A stretch of DNA of 64,000 nucleotides from Mizuhopecten yessoensis. Its lineage: Eukaryota. The position numbers and the translations under genes are program-made. The stretch spans positions 44,292 to 108,291 of the forward strand of contig NW_018405342.1 of NCBI RefSeq assembly GCF_002113885.1. The letters are read 5' to 3'. A model generated the notes under the pieces. That model saw only the letters and a program-made list of their open reading frames with translations, made no database searches and was not told the DNA's origin. Position 1 is the stretch's first letter; each line of letters starts with the position of its first letter. Below are positions 27,264 through 37,734 of the stretch, one piece after another.

Positions 27264-27426
27264 AACTTTCCCCCCAGACATTCACGTGTTCTATCGTCAC
27301 TGAGGCAACTAAGGGAAACTTTTCCCCAGACATTCACGTGTTCTATCGTCACTGAGGCAACCAAGGGAAACTTTCCCCCAGACATTCACGTGTTCTATCG
27401 TCACTGAGGCAACTAAGGGAAACTTT
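27264..27426. repeat. 52-bp tandem repeat, 3 copies
   Basis: cagacattcacgtgttctatcgtcactgaggcaac at 27275, 27327 and 27379. Confidence 0.9.
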
Positions 27427-28327
27427 TGCCCGCAAGTTGATGTGTACCACCATCACAGAGGCATCTGAGTGCACATCCTCGATACTCGAGGGGTTACGCT
27501 CTCTGCAACCCTGGAATATGTCATGGCAAAATTGAACGCAAACGGTAAGATATTTGATTGGTCTCGGGTAAGATAAACTGACCAATTGCTAGACGTATAC
27601 ATGTCCTTTGAATACTATAGAGAAACGACAACCGACTTCAAAGCCAGTCATTCTTTCGATGTACAATGTACGTCAAATAATCTAACTAGTCTTCTCGTCT
27701 CATCCACAAGATGGCGCACACTGAGCCTTCGATTTTGTTTAAGGATACAAGTTTATTGTTTTCCTCCGATACATTACAATGTACAACATGAGGTATCAGA
27801 GTATAATAATACACATGTAATGACAAAATGGATGACAAGTACACAAAACAGTAACCATGATACATTATCAATAGATGGTGCTTGTAGTATATGTTTACAA
27901 CAGTTTGTTAATTTTGTTCCAACAAAAGGCAAATTCCATTTAATACTGTCTCGTTACAAAATGACAAAAGACCACTCATTTTAATTTGAGAGGGATTTTT
28001 TCTATAATACAAAGGAATATACTTTTCTCTAAGCTCTACAGTTATTAAATTTGTACATTTGAATAAATAATGAAATTCGTGACACATTCCAAGGTTGTAG
28101 AGAGCGTAACCCCTGGAGTATCGTTGATGACCAAGAAGATGACACGTACTATCTTTACTGAGTCTACTTTTTGCCCAGAAGTCGACGTGCTATCTTCAAG
28201 ACAAATAAATGTGCTCAGAAGGAGGTGTGTACTTTCTCCATTGAGACAAATGGGTTTGCGTTTTGCTTATACATGTAGTGAATACCGAGTCAAATGAGTG
28301 CGCGTTACGCTCATAAGGAGATGTGTG

Positions 28328-29713
28328 CTACCACGACTTATGAGTATGTGGTATGCTTAGAAGTTGAACAAAGTTATTTTTGTAACTGTTGATGTAGCGA
28401 CTGGCTTGAGTTACAATGGCAAGTTGTTGACCTTGATCCACGCTGATAGCACACGGCGGCACGGTTTTGTCAATACTCTGTAGTACAAAACGCTCTGTCT
28501 TATCCGTGCTGTAGACCGAGACGAGCCCGGACGCCAGACCCGCAATCAGTAGATCTGAGAGAATCGCCAAAGCGGGTGATTCATCCCGGAACTGTAGTTT
28601 AGTTGAGTGAAGAATCTTGCCGCTTTCGTCCGAGCAGCAGACGAAATTGCCGCCAATGAACTCATTCCTGACAAAGTACAAGAGCCCTGACGAGGGAGCG
28701 ACCTTCAGGTAACCCCGAATTGGCTCGGTCATACTGTCAGAAATACGTATTTTCTTCAGAAAAATCTTCATGTGGTCGTACACTTTGATACATCTCACCG
28801 ATTTGAACGACGACTCACACAGGACGAAGAGTCGGCTGTCTTGGTAGTCGATACCAACACAATACTGATCGGTATCTATGGAATGCGAGGACCAGGATAG
28901 AGTATACGGCTCAACGAAACGTACTCGCCTCTCTTTGGTTACGGTGACTGCCATTTCACCTGTGTCCATCAGGGCAACGTCAAACGGGGCGCCACCAACA
29001 TCCACCTCTAATAGAAGAGAAAGTTCGCCAGAGAAAAGTTTTAGTTTGTTATTATTTCGATCAGCTAGGAGCATACTTCCGTTTTTCAAAATGACTGCTC
29101 CTGTAAACCAGCAATGATGTTTGTCCGTTGCCGTGCGCCCGTTGAAGATCGCTTTGTATTTCAGTCTGGGTTGACCAAAAACGGCCACCTGGCCGGCAGT
29201 TACTTTAGCACTTTCCTTCGTCATTGTTTCCAATGCTTTCTGCTGGTCTTTAGGCTTCTGGATAACTTCTATGTATCCCGGCTGTATAGTGAAACGTTCA
29301 AAAGTCATTTCCGTCCCTGGACTGGTATCGATGTTGAACGAAATTGTCACGGGCAATTGATCGCCCGTGTTACCTATACAGCTCTCCAACTCATTCTTGA
29401 CATTTTTCAGTGCCAATTCGTCAAGCAGTCCGGTCGTGTTTTGGGCAATATCCATACATCGCCGATGCTCCGACCGTCGCTGTTCTAACTTCGAAACTTC
29501 GGCGTCATGTTTCTGACGAAGACTTCGAATTTGTTCCCTTTCTAGAATTTCAATCTTATCCCGTATGCTCTTGAAATATGTATAAATATCGACTCCGATT
29601 TCTGGTAATTCTTTTTTCAATCGTTCCTCATTGTCGCCTGCAGCTCGTTCTAGTTCGGTTAGCACGGTCTCTTGATCCCTAATCGCGCGCAAAATATCGT
29701 CTGCCTTATCCAT
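28328..29713 (-). CDS. Coiled-coil + NHL/six-bladed beta-propeller protein (TRIM2/3/71-like C-terminus, no B-box or RING), 461 aa, single-exon CDS
   Basis: Long, GC-richer ORF with a helical heptad N-terminus and NHL-like blades (NGSMLLADRNNNKLKLFS, PFDVALMDTGEMAVT). An in-frame TAA two codons before the ATG fixes the start. Confidence 0.82.
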   Translation of the reverse strand: MDKADDILRAIRDQETVLTELERAAGDNEERLKKELPEIGVDIYTYFKSIRDKIEILEREQIRSLRQKHDAEVSKLEQRRSEHRRCMDIAQNTTGLLDELALKNVKNELESCIGNTGDQLPVTISFNIDTSPGTEMTFERFTIQPGYIEVIQKPKDQQKALETMTKESAKVTAGQVAVFGQPRLKYKAIFNGRTATDKHHCWFTGAVILKNGSMLLADRNNNKLKLFSGELSLLLEVDVGGAPFDVALMDTGEMAVTVTKERRVRFVEPYTLSWSSHSIDTDQYCVGIDYQDSRLFVLCESSFKSVRCIKVYDHMKIFLKKIRISDSMTEPIRGYLKVAPSSGLLYFVRNEFIGGNFVCCSDESGKILHSTKLQFRDESPALAILSDLLIAGLASGLVSVYSTDKTERFVLQSIDKTVPPCAISVDQGQQLAIVTQASRYINSYKNNFVQLLSIPHTHKSW

Positions 29714-31439
29714 GTTTTATAAAAACTTCCAGATTAATTCTTCACATCAGTCTCAAACGTATACTCGGTGTTCACTGAAAGAGCAAATATTATCTACATT
29801 AGTGGTAGATACAGGATTATTAGAAAGGAGGGGGCTCAATCTAAATTACATATCTTCATTATCAACCGTCGTCCTCTCTGATATGTCGTAATCAAAGAGA
29901 AGGTAAGCAGCACTAAAAAATAGCTAAAAAACCAGCTACCTTGTTGACGTGAAGGAAAAGCGCCTAGCTTTACAGCTTCAATGGTAATCCCTCCTCCTCC
30001 TCCAGCCAGACCCACGTAGCACAGTTTTATTCCCATATCGCTTATACAATGTACAAATATCAGAAACCGTTGTTCGTCCGTCAAACTTTTCCTTGAAAAC
30101 CTTAATCCTTGTTAAATGGCTGATCTTATCATCCAAATATTATCTAAAACAACAAATGACCAGGGGACTTAATGATATATAAACGAAGACCCACCTCCTT
30201 ACCCCTGGAGGCAGATAGATGGCCCGATATCATAAACAAAATACTTTTTAAAGACTATCAATATGTAAAGATGACCATGCATTATCACAGAACTCCACTG
30301 AACGCTTTGCACGGACGTTGGGTCTCCCACTCCCCGTAATTAAAAACTACATTTTTATCTTCTTTGGCGAAGGATGTTTTGCATATTTTTACTGCGAACC
30401 ATCATTGGGCCAATGAGATATATAAACAAAGGGTGTGTCTCGTTCGTTGGGAGAGAGGGGCGAACTCCGTTTTAGAAATGGTAAACATTTCGTTTTCCCT
30501 TCTAAGTCCTTATAGTTTTTGGTGCAACTCCTGATCATCTGATAACAAATAATGTCCGTTGCGGCTTCATGTTAATCAAAATATATAGCCGCTTTCGACT
30601 TGAAATAATTGGCTGAAACCTTTCCTCTCCATTTCCTTCAGGTCGATTTTTCCAAAACTTTTTTATGATTTGTTTTTCGAAACTATTGACAAACAAAGAT
30701 GGCTACTTGTTATCGGACTGGCTGCGACTGCTTTCTAAATTTCGACCACAACGCTCGGACTATGGTAGCCAAACTTAATCTGAATAATGCTTTCCTGATC
30801 CTGAATGTGTGCTGATATTTATTAGGTTGATTTGAAATACAAAATTAATATTTAACATGTTGGGCTTATTCTTAACCACAATAGGTCGATTTTATCCAAA
30901 CGTCGTACAAACGTCCCTGTATTTACCGAGTGTTGTCATTTGAATTCTTCATAACCACCCGTGTCTCGGTCTGAATTGAACGGAAGCAGGTCAAAGTCTT
31001 GTTTAGTTTAGTTAAAATACCAAAGAAACGGGAGGGGCGATACAGGCCAGACCCCTTCTCCCTAGGCCTTCCACTATCCCACCACCACCACCACTATACA
31101 CAACTGAGCCTTTGCTAATTTGTGCAATATACTTTAAACTTTCTTGTCAAGAGCTTAGAAATCTCAACCACTTACATGTCCTGAAAGTTATATTTTATGT
31201 GTTTTATATCCCGATACAGTCTTTTTCTGAGGACATCTCGACATACTTAGTACAAGAACCAGGGACAATAATAAGATACGATAAAACCTCGATATAAAGC
31301 TCGAATGTATTCCCTACTTCGCCTACTGCTAACGTGCTACTTCGCCTACTGCTAACGTATTCGCTACTTCGCCTACTGCTAACGTATTTGAAGGGTTATC
31401 CTATCAATTACTTCATAAGCCCATTCCCTATATATCTTC

Positions 31440-32185
31440 CTCTTCATACTCTCCCTCCATCCCCCCCCCCCCCCCCCCCCCCCCTTCACTCTCGCCTAAA
31501 CTTACTCTTCCCTGCACCCTCACCAAACCTCCTTTTCTCCCCACAACCCTCGTCCTCCATCCAGCTTTCGTCTCCCTCTCCCTCGTCCCATCGCCTCTTT
31601 CGATCACCCTCGTCCAAACTCCCTGACCTTTTGCCCATCCTCCCTTGTCCCGTCGTCAACTCCCATCCAACCTCGTACAATTCCCTCTTCTTATTCGACA
31701 CACCCTTGTCCTCTACTTCTTCTCCCTTACACCCTCGCCCTCTACTTCTTCTCCCTTCAATCCCGCCCTCTACTTCTTCTCCCTTCCACCCTCGTCCTCT
31801 ACTTCTTCTCCCTTACACCCTCGCCCATTACTTCTTCTCCCTTCAACCCCGCCCTCTACTTCTTCTCCTTTCCACTCTCGTCCTCTACTTCTCCCTTCCG
31901 CCCTCGCCCTCTACTTCTTCTCCCTTACACCCTCGTTCTCTACTTCTCCCTTCCACCCTCGTCCTCTACTTCTTCTCCCTTACTCCCTCGTCCTCTACTT
32001 CTTCTCCCTTAACCCTCGTCCTCTACTTCTTCTCCCTTACACCCTCGTTCTCTACTTCTTCTCCATTCCACCCTCGTCCTCTACTTCTTTCCATTCCACC
32101 CTCGTCCTTTACTTCTTCTCCCTTCCACCCTCGTCCTCTACTTCTTTCCATTCTACCCTCGTCCTCTTCTTCTCTATTTCCCTCC
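31440..32185. repeat. Polypyrimidine/polypurine tract with an imperfect unit of about 30 bp and a poly-C run
   Basis: Unit ccctcgtcctctacttcttctcccttcca, from about 31700 to 32170. Confidence 0.9.
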
Positions 32186-32660
32186 AATCCAATATGTATC
32201 CATACATTAGGGTATACCACTTCGTTGAGAAAGAATTTTAAGTCAACAACAATATGACTGACCGTATCGGTGATTTTTTTAAGTGGAAAATTGGTTTCTT
32301 ATTACGGATCAAACTTGTGTATCACCAAAACAAATATAGACTGTAAGAGGATTTCAGTTACATGTAAATTAAAGATAATTTGGTATTAAAAAATATATAA
32401 ACACATACCCCGATACCTTAGCTGCTACTCCAGCGTTGTCACAGATGAAACAGAAAATAACCCAGTGACGTATCAGATAATGCATTGTTTCCGTTTGTTT
32501 ATTTTATTGATAATGATAGATAAGTGATTCGCGCTATCGCGAAGTCACTACCTTATTAGCTGTCAATATATATATAGGGATAAAATATCCCAAAATAACA
32601 AACGTAATAACCCTTATCAAATTCTCCCTTCCTGCTTTATTACGCACACAGGTAGTACAA

Positions 32661-34472
32661 TAGGTCGGTGGAATAGGTCGAACCTGGGGAAAAAAATACT
32701 ATGTTATCAAATTCTTCTGATTTCAACTCATCAATGTCTCTAGTATGACAGAAAAAAAGTCCTGAAAGATTCCACGTGGGGGAAAAAATTGGGGCCATTT
32801 TTAAATTTGGCCTATTTTTCACCTTTTTTCGCCAAAAATGAAGAACGAGAATATATCGGTTAGATGAAAGAAAATTCAGAATTTGGATATTTTCTTTGAT
32901 ATTAGAGTGCTGCAAATATGTTAATTTATTACACATAACTCTATATCCTACTTTGACAAAATTATTTGACTCTGGTATTGGCATCATGTTTCAAAATCAA
33001 AGATGGCTGACAATATCCGGATAAAACAAACAAAAAACATGGTACGAGCCCACTTCGGTCTGGTACAGGTATATTATGACAATATAATATATTGTAATAA
33101 TATAATATAATATATTATAATAATAAACTAACACTAATATTGCATATATAACGTGTTATCTGATAGTGTGAAAAAAATAGTTGGGTACATACAGAGGATA
33201 CAGTTATTAGCAGCAAGCATGCAATCCCTATGAACAGGATGGTTAAATAATACTTTCTCCAGAGTAGCTCCTAAACCCTGTATGCACTTTTCAATACGCA
33301 TGGCAATACATCATTCAATTTAACTGAAGATGTATATTGTGTATTAAAAGCACATATAAATCTGTTGTAATTATTATGTGATATTGCAGATACAAATGTA
33401 GTATGCAGTATAACCATAATCTGTTTACAATCTGGATTTATGGAAAAAGTGGAATTTCATTGAGAAGCAGCGGTTTTGCAGCAAGAATTGTCCAGGTTTT
33501 TTGTTGTTGTTATTAATGATTAATGATTATATGTACTACTTTTATTGACAATATTTGTAACAATGTTATAAAACGTCACGATAAGCCCATTTTTGTAAAA
33601 GTATGTTTTGCTGTATCAGGACTATGTACACAGGATTGGAACGGTTTCGCTAAAAACAAATGTGTCTTATATAACTCTTTCGTCTTTGTCATATACTGAT
33701 GCCTTCATTTCTGTCTTTTCAGGACTTGATATACAATAATCAGCCCATGACGTAAAAAATGACGTCGCCGTTTGTAACGTCACGTTTGATTGGCTGATAC
33801 AGCAGCGCAATAATTTCTAAGAGAAAAGAGTCCATCAATAAAAGTGGATTTCCACAGGGATTGTGTATAGTAGATTTAATTATAAGGATTAACTTGAATA
33901 TATTTTTCATGTTATGGAGCTATAACACAAAAATCGGAGCGTACTCTCATCATAAAACGGTTCGCGGTTTATTTAGAGTACATTCCGGGTTTTTTTTGTG
34001 TTATATCTTCATAACATGATAACTATATTCAAGTTAATCCTTAAATGATATACCTGTACCAGGCCGAAGTGGGCTCGTACCATTTTTTTGTTTGTTTTAT
34101 CCGGATATTGTCAGCCATCTTGGATTTTGAAATATGATGCCAATACCAGAGTCAATTAATTTTGTCAAAGTGGGATATAGAGTTATGTGTAATAAATTAA
34201 CATATTTGCAGCACTCTAATATCAAAGAAAATATCAAAAATCTGAATTTTTCTTTCATCTAACCGATATATTCTCGTTCTTCATTTTTGGCGAAAAAAGG
34301 TGAAAAATAGGCCAAATTTAAACATGGCCTCAATTTTTTTTCCCCAAAGGGAATCTTTCAGGACTTTTTTTTCTGTCATACTAGAGACATTGAGGAGTTG
34401 AAATCAGAAGAGTTTGATAACATAGTATTTTTTCCCCAGGTCACCCTGAAACGGACCTATTCCACCGACCTA
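32661..34472. mobile_element. Non-autonomous DNA transposon with terminal inverted repeats of about 410 bp
   Basis: 32661-33074 is the reverse complement of about 34048-34472 (taggtcggtggaataggtc...gacctattccaccgaccta). The TSD is either TA or caa. No transposase inside. Confidence 0.85.
33883..34043. mobile_element. 160-bp hairpin nested inside the long-TIR element
   Basis: taaggattaacttgaata pairs with tattcaagttaatcctta; preceded by tgacgt/attgg motifs at 33748-33795. Confidence 0.65.
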
Positions 34473-34769
34473 CAAATGATGACTTAAGTAAAACATAAGC
34501 ACCACCATAAAATAGTCGATCAAATGATAGGCCGAAAAAAAACATATTTTGAAGCCGTCATACACAAAGTACTGCCTTTTCCCCCCAAAACATCTTATGA
34601 CATTGGAAATTCAAGCATTATACTCGATTTTAGAATAGATGACATGGAAACATTCCTGACGACTAGCGAAGACTTATGCATGGCGTCATTATTTGAGGGA
34701 GCTCTAGATCTGGCTCAACTAGATTGGCGCGTCATAGCACGTCCACCGCGGATTTAATAAATATCATTG

Positions 34770-35152
34770 NNNNNNNNNNNNNNNNNNNNNNNNNNNNNNN
34801 NNNNNNNNNNNNNNNNNNNNNNNNNNNNNNNNNNNNNNNNNNNNNNNNNNNNNNNNNNNNNNNNNNNNNNNNNNNNNNNNNNNNNNNNNNNNNNNNNNNN
34901 NNNNNNNNNNNNNNNNNNNNNNNNNNNNNNNNGACGATGAGGTATTAAGATGAGAATGGTAATGAAGACAATGGTGTATTACTATTGATGATTGACAAGG
35001 CTGATGATGAGATTCAGTGACGATGACGATGATGATGAAAGAGATGACGATGAAAGAGATGATTGACAAACCATGCTAATGGGAATTGTATGTATATGTG
35101 TGTATGTGGTGTTGAATGTAATAAAAATGTCTTTAAAAAAAAAAAAAAAAAA
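34770..35152 (+). mobile_element. Polyadenylated retro-insertion (3' end of a non-LTR element); 5' part hidden in the assembly gap 34770-34931
   Basis: AATAAA at 35120, A-tail at 35135-35152, flanked by the target-site duplication atcattg (34763-34769 and 35152-35158). Confidence 0.65.
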
Positions 35153-35250
35153 TCATTGCGTCATTCATAAAAAATGCTATTCTTGTTGTAAAAGAAAACG
35201 ACATACATTTTGTAAATAAAAGATTTTCTTTCTTATTCTAGAATTAATTA

Positions 35251-35381
35251 TAAGGATTGGACAAAATAAGAAATTGTTCTATCGATGTATAGACCGAAAA
35301 CAACTGCACTCTTCACATAAACGCTTCCCGGTTTCCGGTCTATATATCGATAGACCAAAATCGTATCTAGTCCAATCCTTA
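35251..35381. mobile_element. 130-bp hairpin with the same end signature as 33883-34043
   Basis: ttaattataaggattggac...gtccaatccttaaat, with inner arms tctatcgatgtatagaccg / cggtctatatatcgataga. Confidence 0.65.
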
Positions 35382-36459
35382 AATACATAATAGTTGTTCT
35401 TACCAGAAATTTTATTCATATTCCACTTCCAACCCTTAATACTATTTATTCATATAGCAAATACGATGTCAAAGTAAATACATATGTAGTCCGTGTATGC
35501 ATATGCGATAACAGATTACAACTTATCAAATGCTCACGAGTCTTATAATTTTTCCACATTATTTGTGAGTCTCAAAACTGATTTGATAAGTAAATTTAAT
35601 GGACAATGAATTAAAAAATATAACTAATCTGAAAATTTCATTACTCATCTTAACTGTCCCAAGTGCAAATAAGCCTCCCGTCTTTCTATCGACTGAATGG
35701 CATTCAAAAAGATGATTATTAAATTCTAATTAAATGCTTCAACTGAACTCTCATACGTTATGCAAACCCAACAGCGAAACAACAAAAGGGTACTGACGCA
35801 CGTACAGGGACAAGGACGTTCCATTAGACAGGGTTGCCTACCTTCGTACATTTTCTTTCTGCTAAGGTGCGAATCGTTGGTTTGGCTGAAACTTGTTCAC
35901 ATTGGTAAATACCCGTATGCGAGAAGAAACCGTTTCTTTAAAAATTAAGTAAAAGCAATATCTCCTAAGAAGGAGTTGCTTGGGGAGTAAAAACTGTAAG
36001 AACCGCACCATAAACATTCCTACACATTTTGACAGTTGATTGAAGGTACCACATTATACCGCTTTAACACACCACACCAGACTTGGGAAGGTACCACACG
36101 AAGAGAAACCCACCCGTCCCTTTAATACCAGGGTTTTCCTATGCTCCGTTGTGGTGTATATGACACATTGGCGACACAGATGCGTATCAAGCACCAGATT
36201 GCTACGTGTACACCTAACTTTTTTCTGTGTTGGGAACTGAAAACAAAAACTATAGTATCACTGCTAAGTTCTAAATGGACGCTGTATGGTGCAGTTAAGT
36301 GATGTCACATGTACACAATGTGATGATCACCAGACATCGCACATGACCATCATGTGATCACCAGATCTGTTTGTCTTTTTACATCGATTTACTATTCAAC
36401 GAGTTACTTCCTTCTTCATATTCCAAATGATTAGTGTATGTCATATATTGATTGACTCT

Positions 36460-37545
36460 GCTGGGGGGCTACAATCCCCTGAGGTTGACCATAACAGTGT
36501 AGCTGGAAGGTGTTCTGGCAGGTTTACATTAAATACATATCTGTACTTCGGTTGTATCCTCCAATTGTCAAGTCGGAACTCTATGAGCGGTTTTATAGAC
36601 ACCATGTCCCTTACTCTATATTTATACTTGTGTTTCAGAACATTTCAGACTTTGATTTTCATCCTTTTGACCTTTAATGCTACTGATAAGTCCTTAATAG
36701 GTGAAAAAGACATATATTGTGTTGTAAATATAATTACTTGGCTTTATTTATCGACACACTAAATTTGAAATATCTTTATTCATATTAATGGTTCTTTTTT
36801 TTGTGTCAAGTAATTGTTGACCATACTAGAGGACTATCAATCCTCCAGGTTGGCCGTAACCTTATAAAGTTGTCTTTATCCAAAGGTTGGGACTTTGGTA
36901 TAAAAATTGCATAGGTACCTTTCCCTATCTTGTATTTCTACCTGTATTTCTACCTGTATTTGGTTCCCTATCTTGTATTTCTTTCTGTATTTCTACCTGT
37001 ATTTGGTTCCCTATCTTGTATTTCTTCCTGTATTTCTACCTGTATTTGGTTCCCTATCTTGTATTTCTACCTGTATTTCTACCTGTATTTGGTTCCCTAT
37101 CTTGTATTTCTTCCTGTATTTGGTTCCCTATCCTGAATTTTTACCTGAATTTGGTTCCCTGTCCTGTGTTTCTTCCTGTATTTTGTTCCTTATCCTGTAA
37201 TCCTACCTGTATTTGGTTTCCTATCCTGTATTTCTACCTGTATTTCTTCCTGTGTTTCGTTCCTTATCCTGTAATCCTACCTGTATTTGGTTTCCTATCC
37301 TGTATTTCTACCTGTATTTGGTTCCCTATCCTGTATTTCTTCCTGTATTTTGTTCCTTATCCTGTAATCCTACCTGTATTTGGTTTCCTTTCCTGTATTT
37401 CTACCTGTATTTGGTTCCCTATCGTGTAGTTCTACCTGTATTTGGTTCCCTATCTTGTATTTCTACCCATTTTTGGATATGGACTTTCATTCTTTTGACA
37501 ATACGTTCCATTGATGAATACTAAATGGACGAAATACACAAAATG
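36460..37545 (+). mobile_element. Two tandem degenerate units of a hammerhead-bearing (retrozyme/Penelope-like) repeat
   Basis: Shared blocks at 36465/36829 and before 36683/37511. Cores: ctgataagtccttaataggtgaaa and ttgatgaatactaaatggacgaaa. Confidence 0.45.
36920..37467. repeat. Compound 31-bp/12-bp minisatellite
   Basis: Units tacctgtatttggttccctatcctgtatttc and tacctgtatttc. Confidence 0.9.
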
Positions 37546-37734
37546 GGTGCATACACAAACCAGCGAGCTAGTTTAATTGGTCTATTATTGTCATACACAA
37601 ACCAGAAGTTCCTATTTAGCCATTACATTTACTAAAATTCTGTCAGGCTCATGGTTAGAATTATCCGCCAAAATTACCCTTAAGGTGACTTCAAATAGTG
37701 GTGGTAACCCTGTTAAGTGCTAATTTTCGTAATA

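Noticed and set aside
31334-32257. Pro/Ser/Leu-rich 307-aa ORF (extensin-like)
   Set aside because: A low-complexity pyrimidine tract lacks stops by composition.
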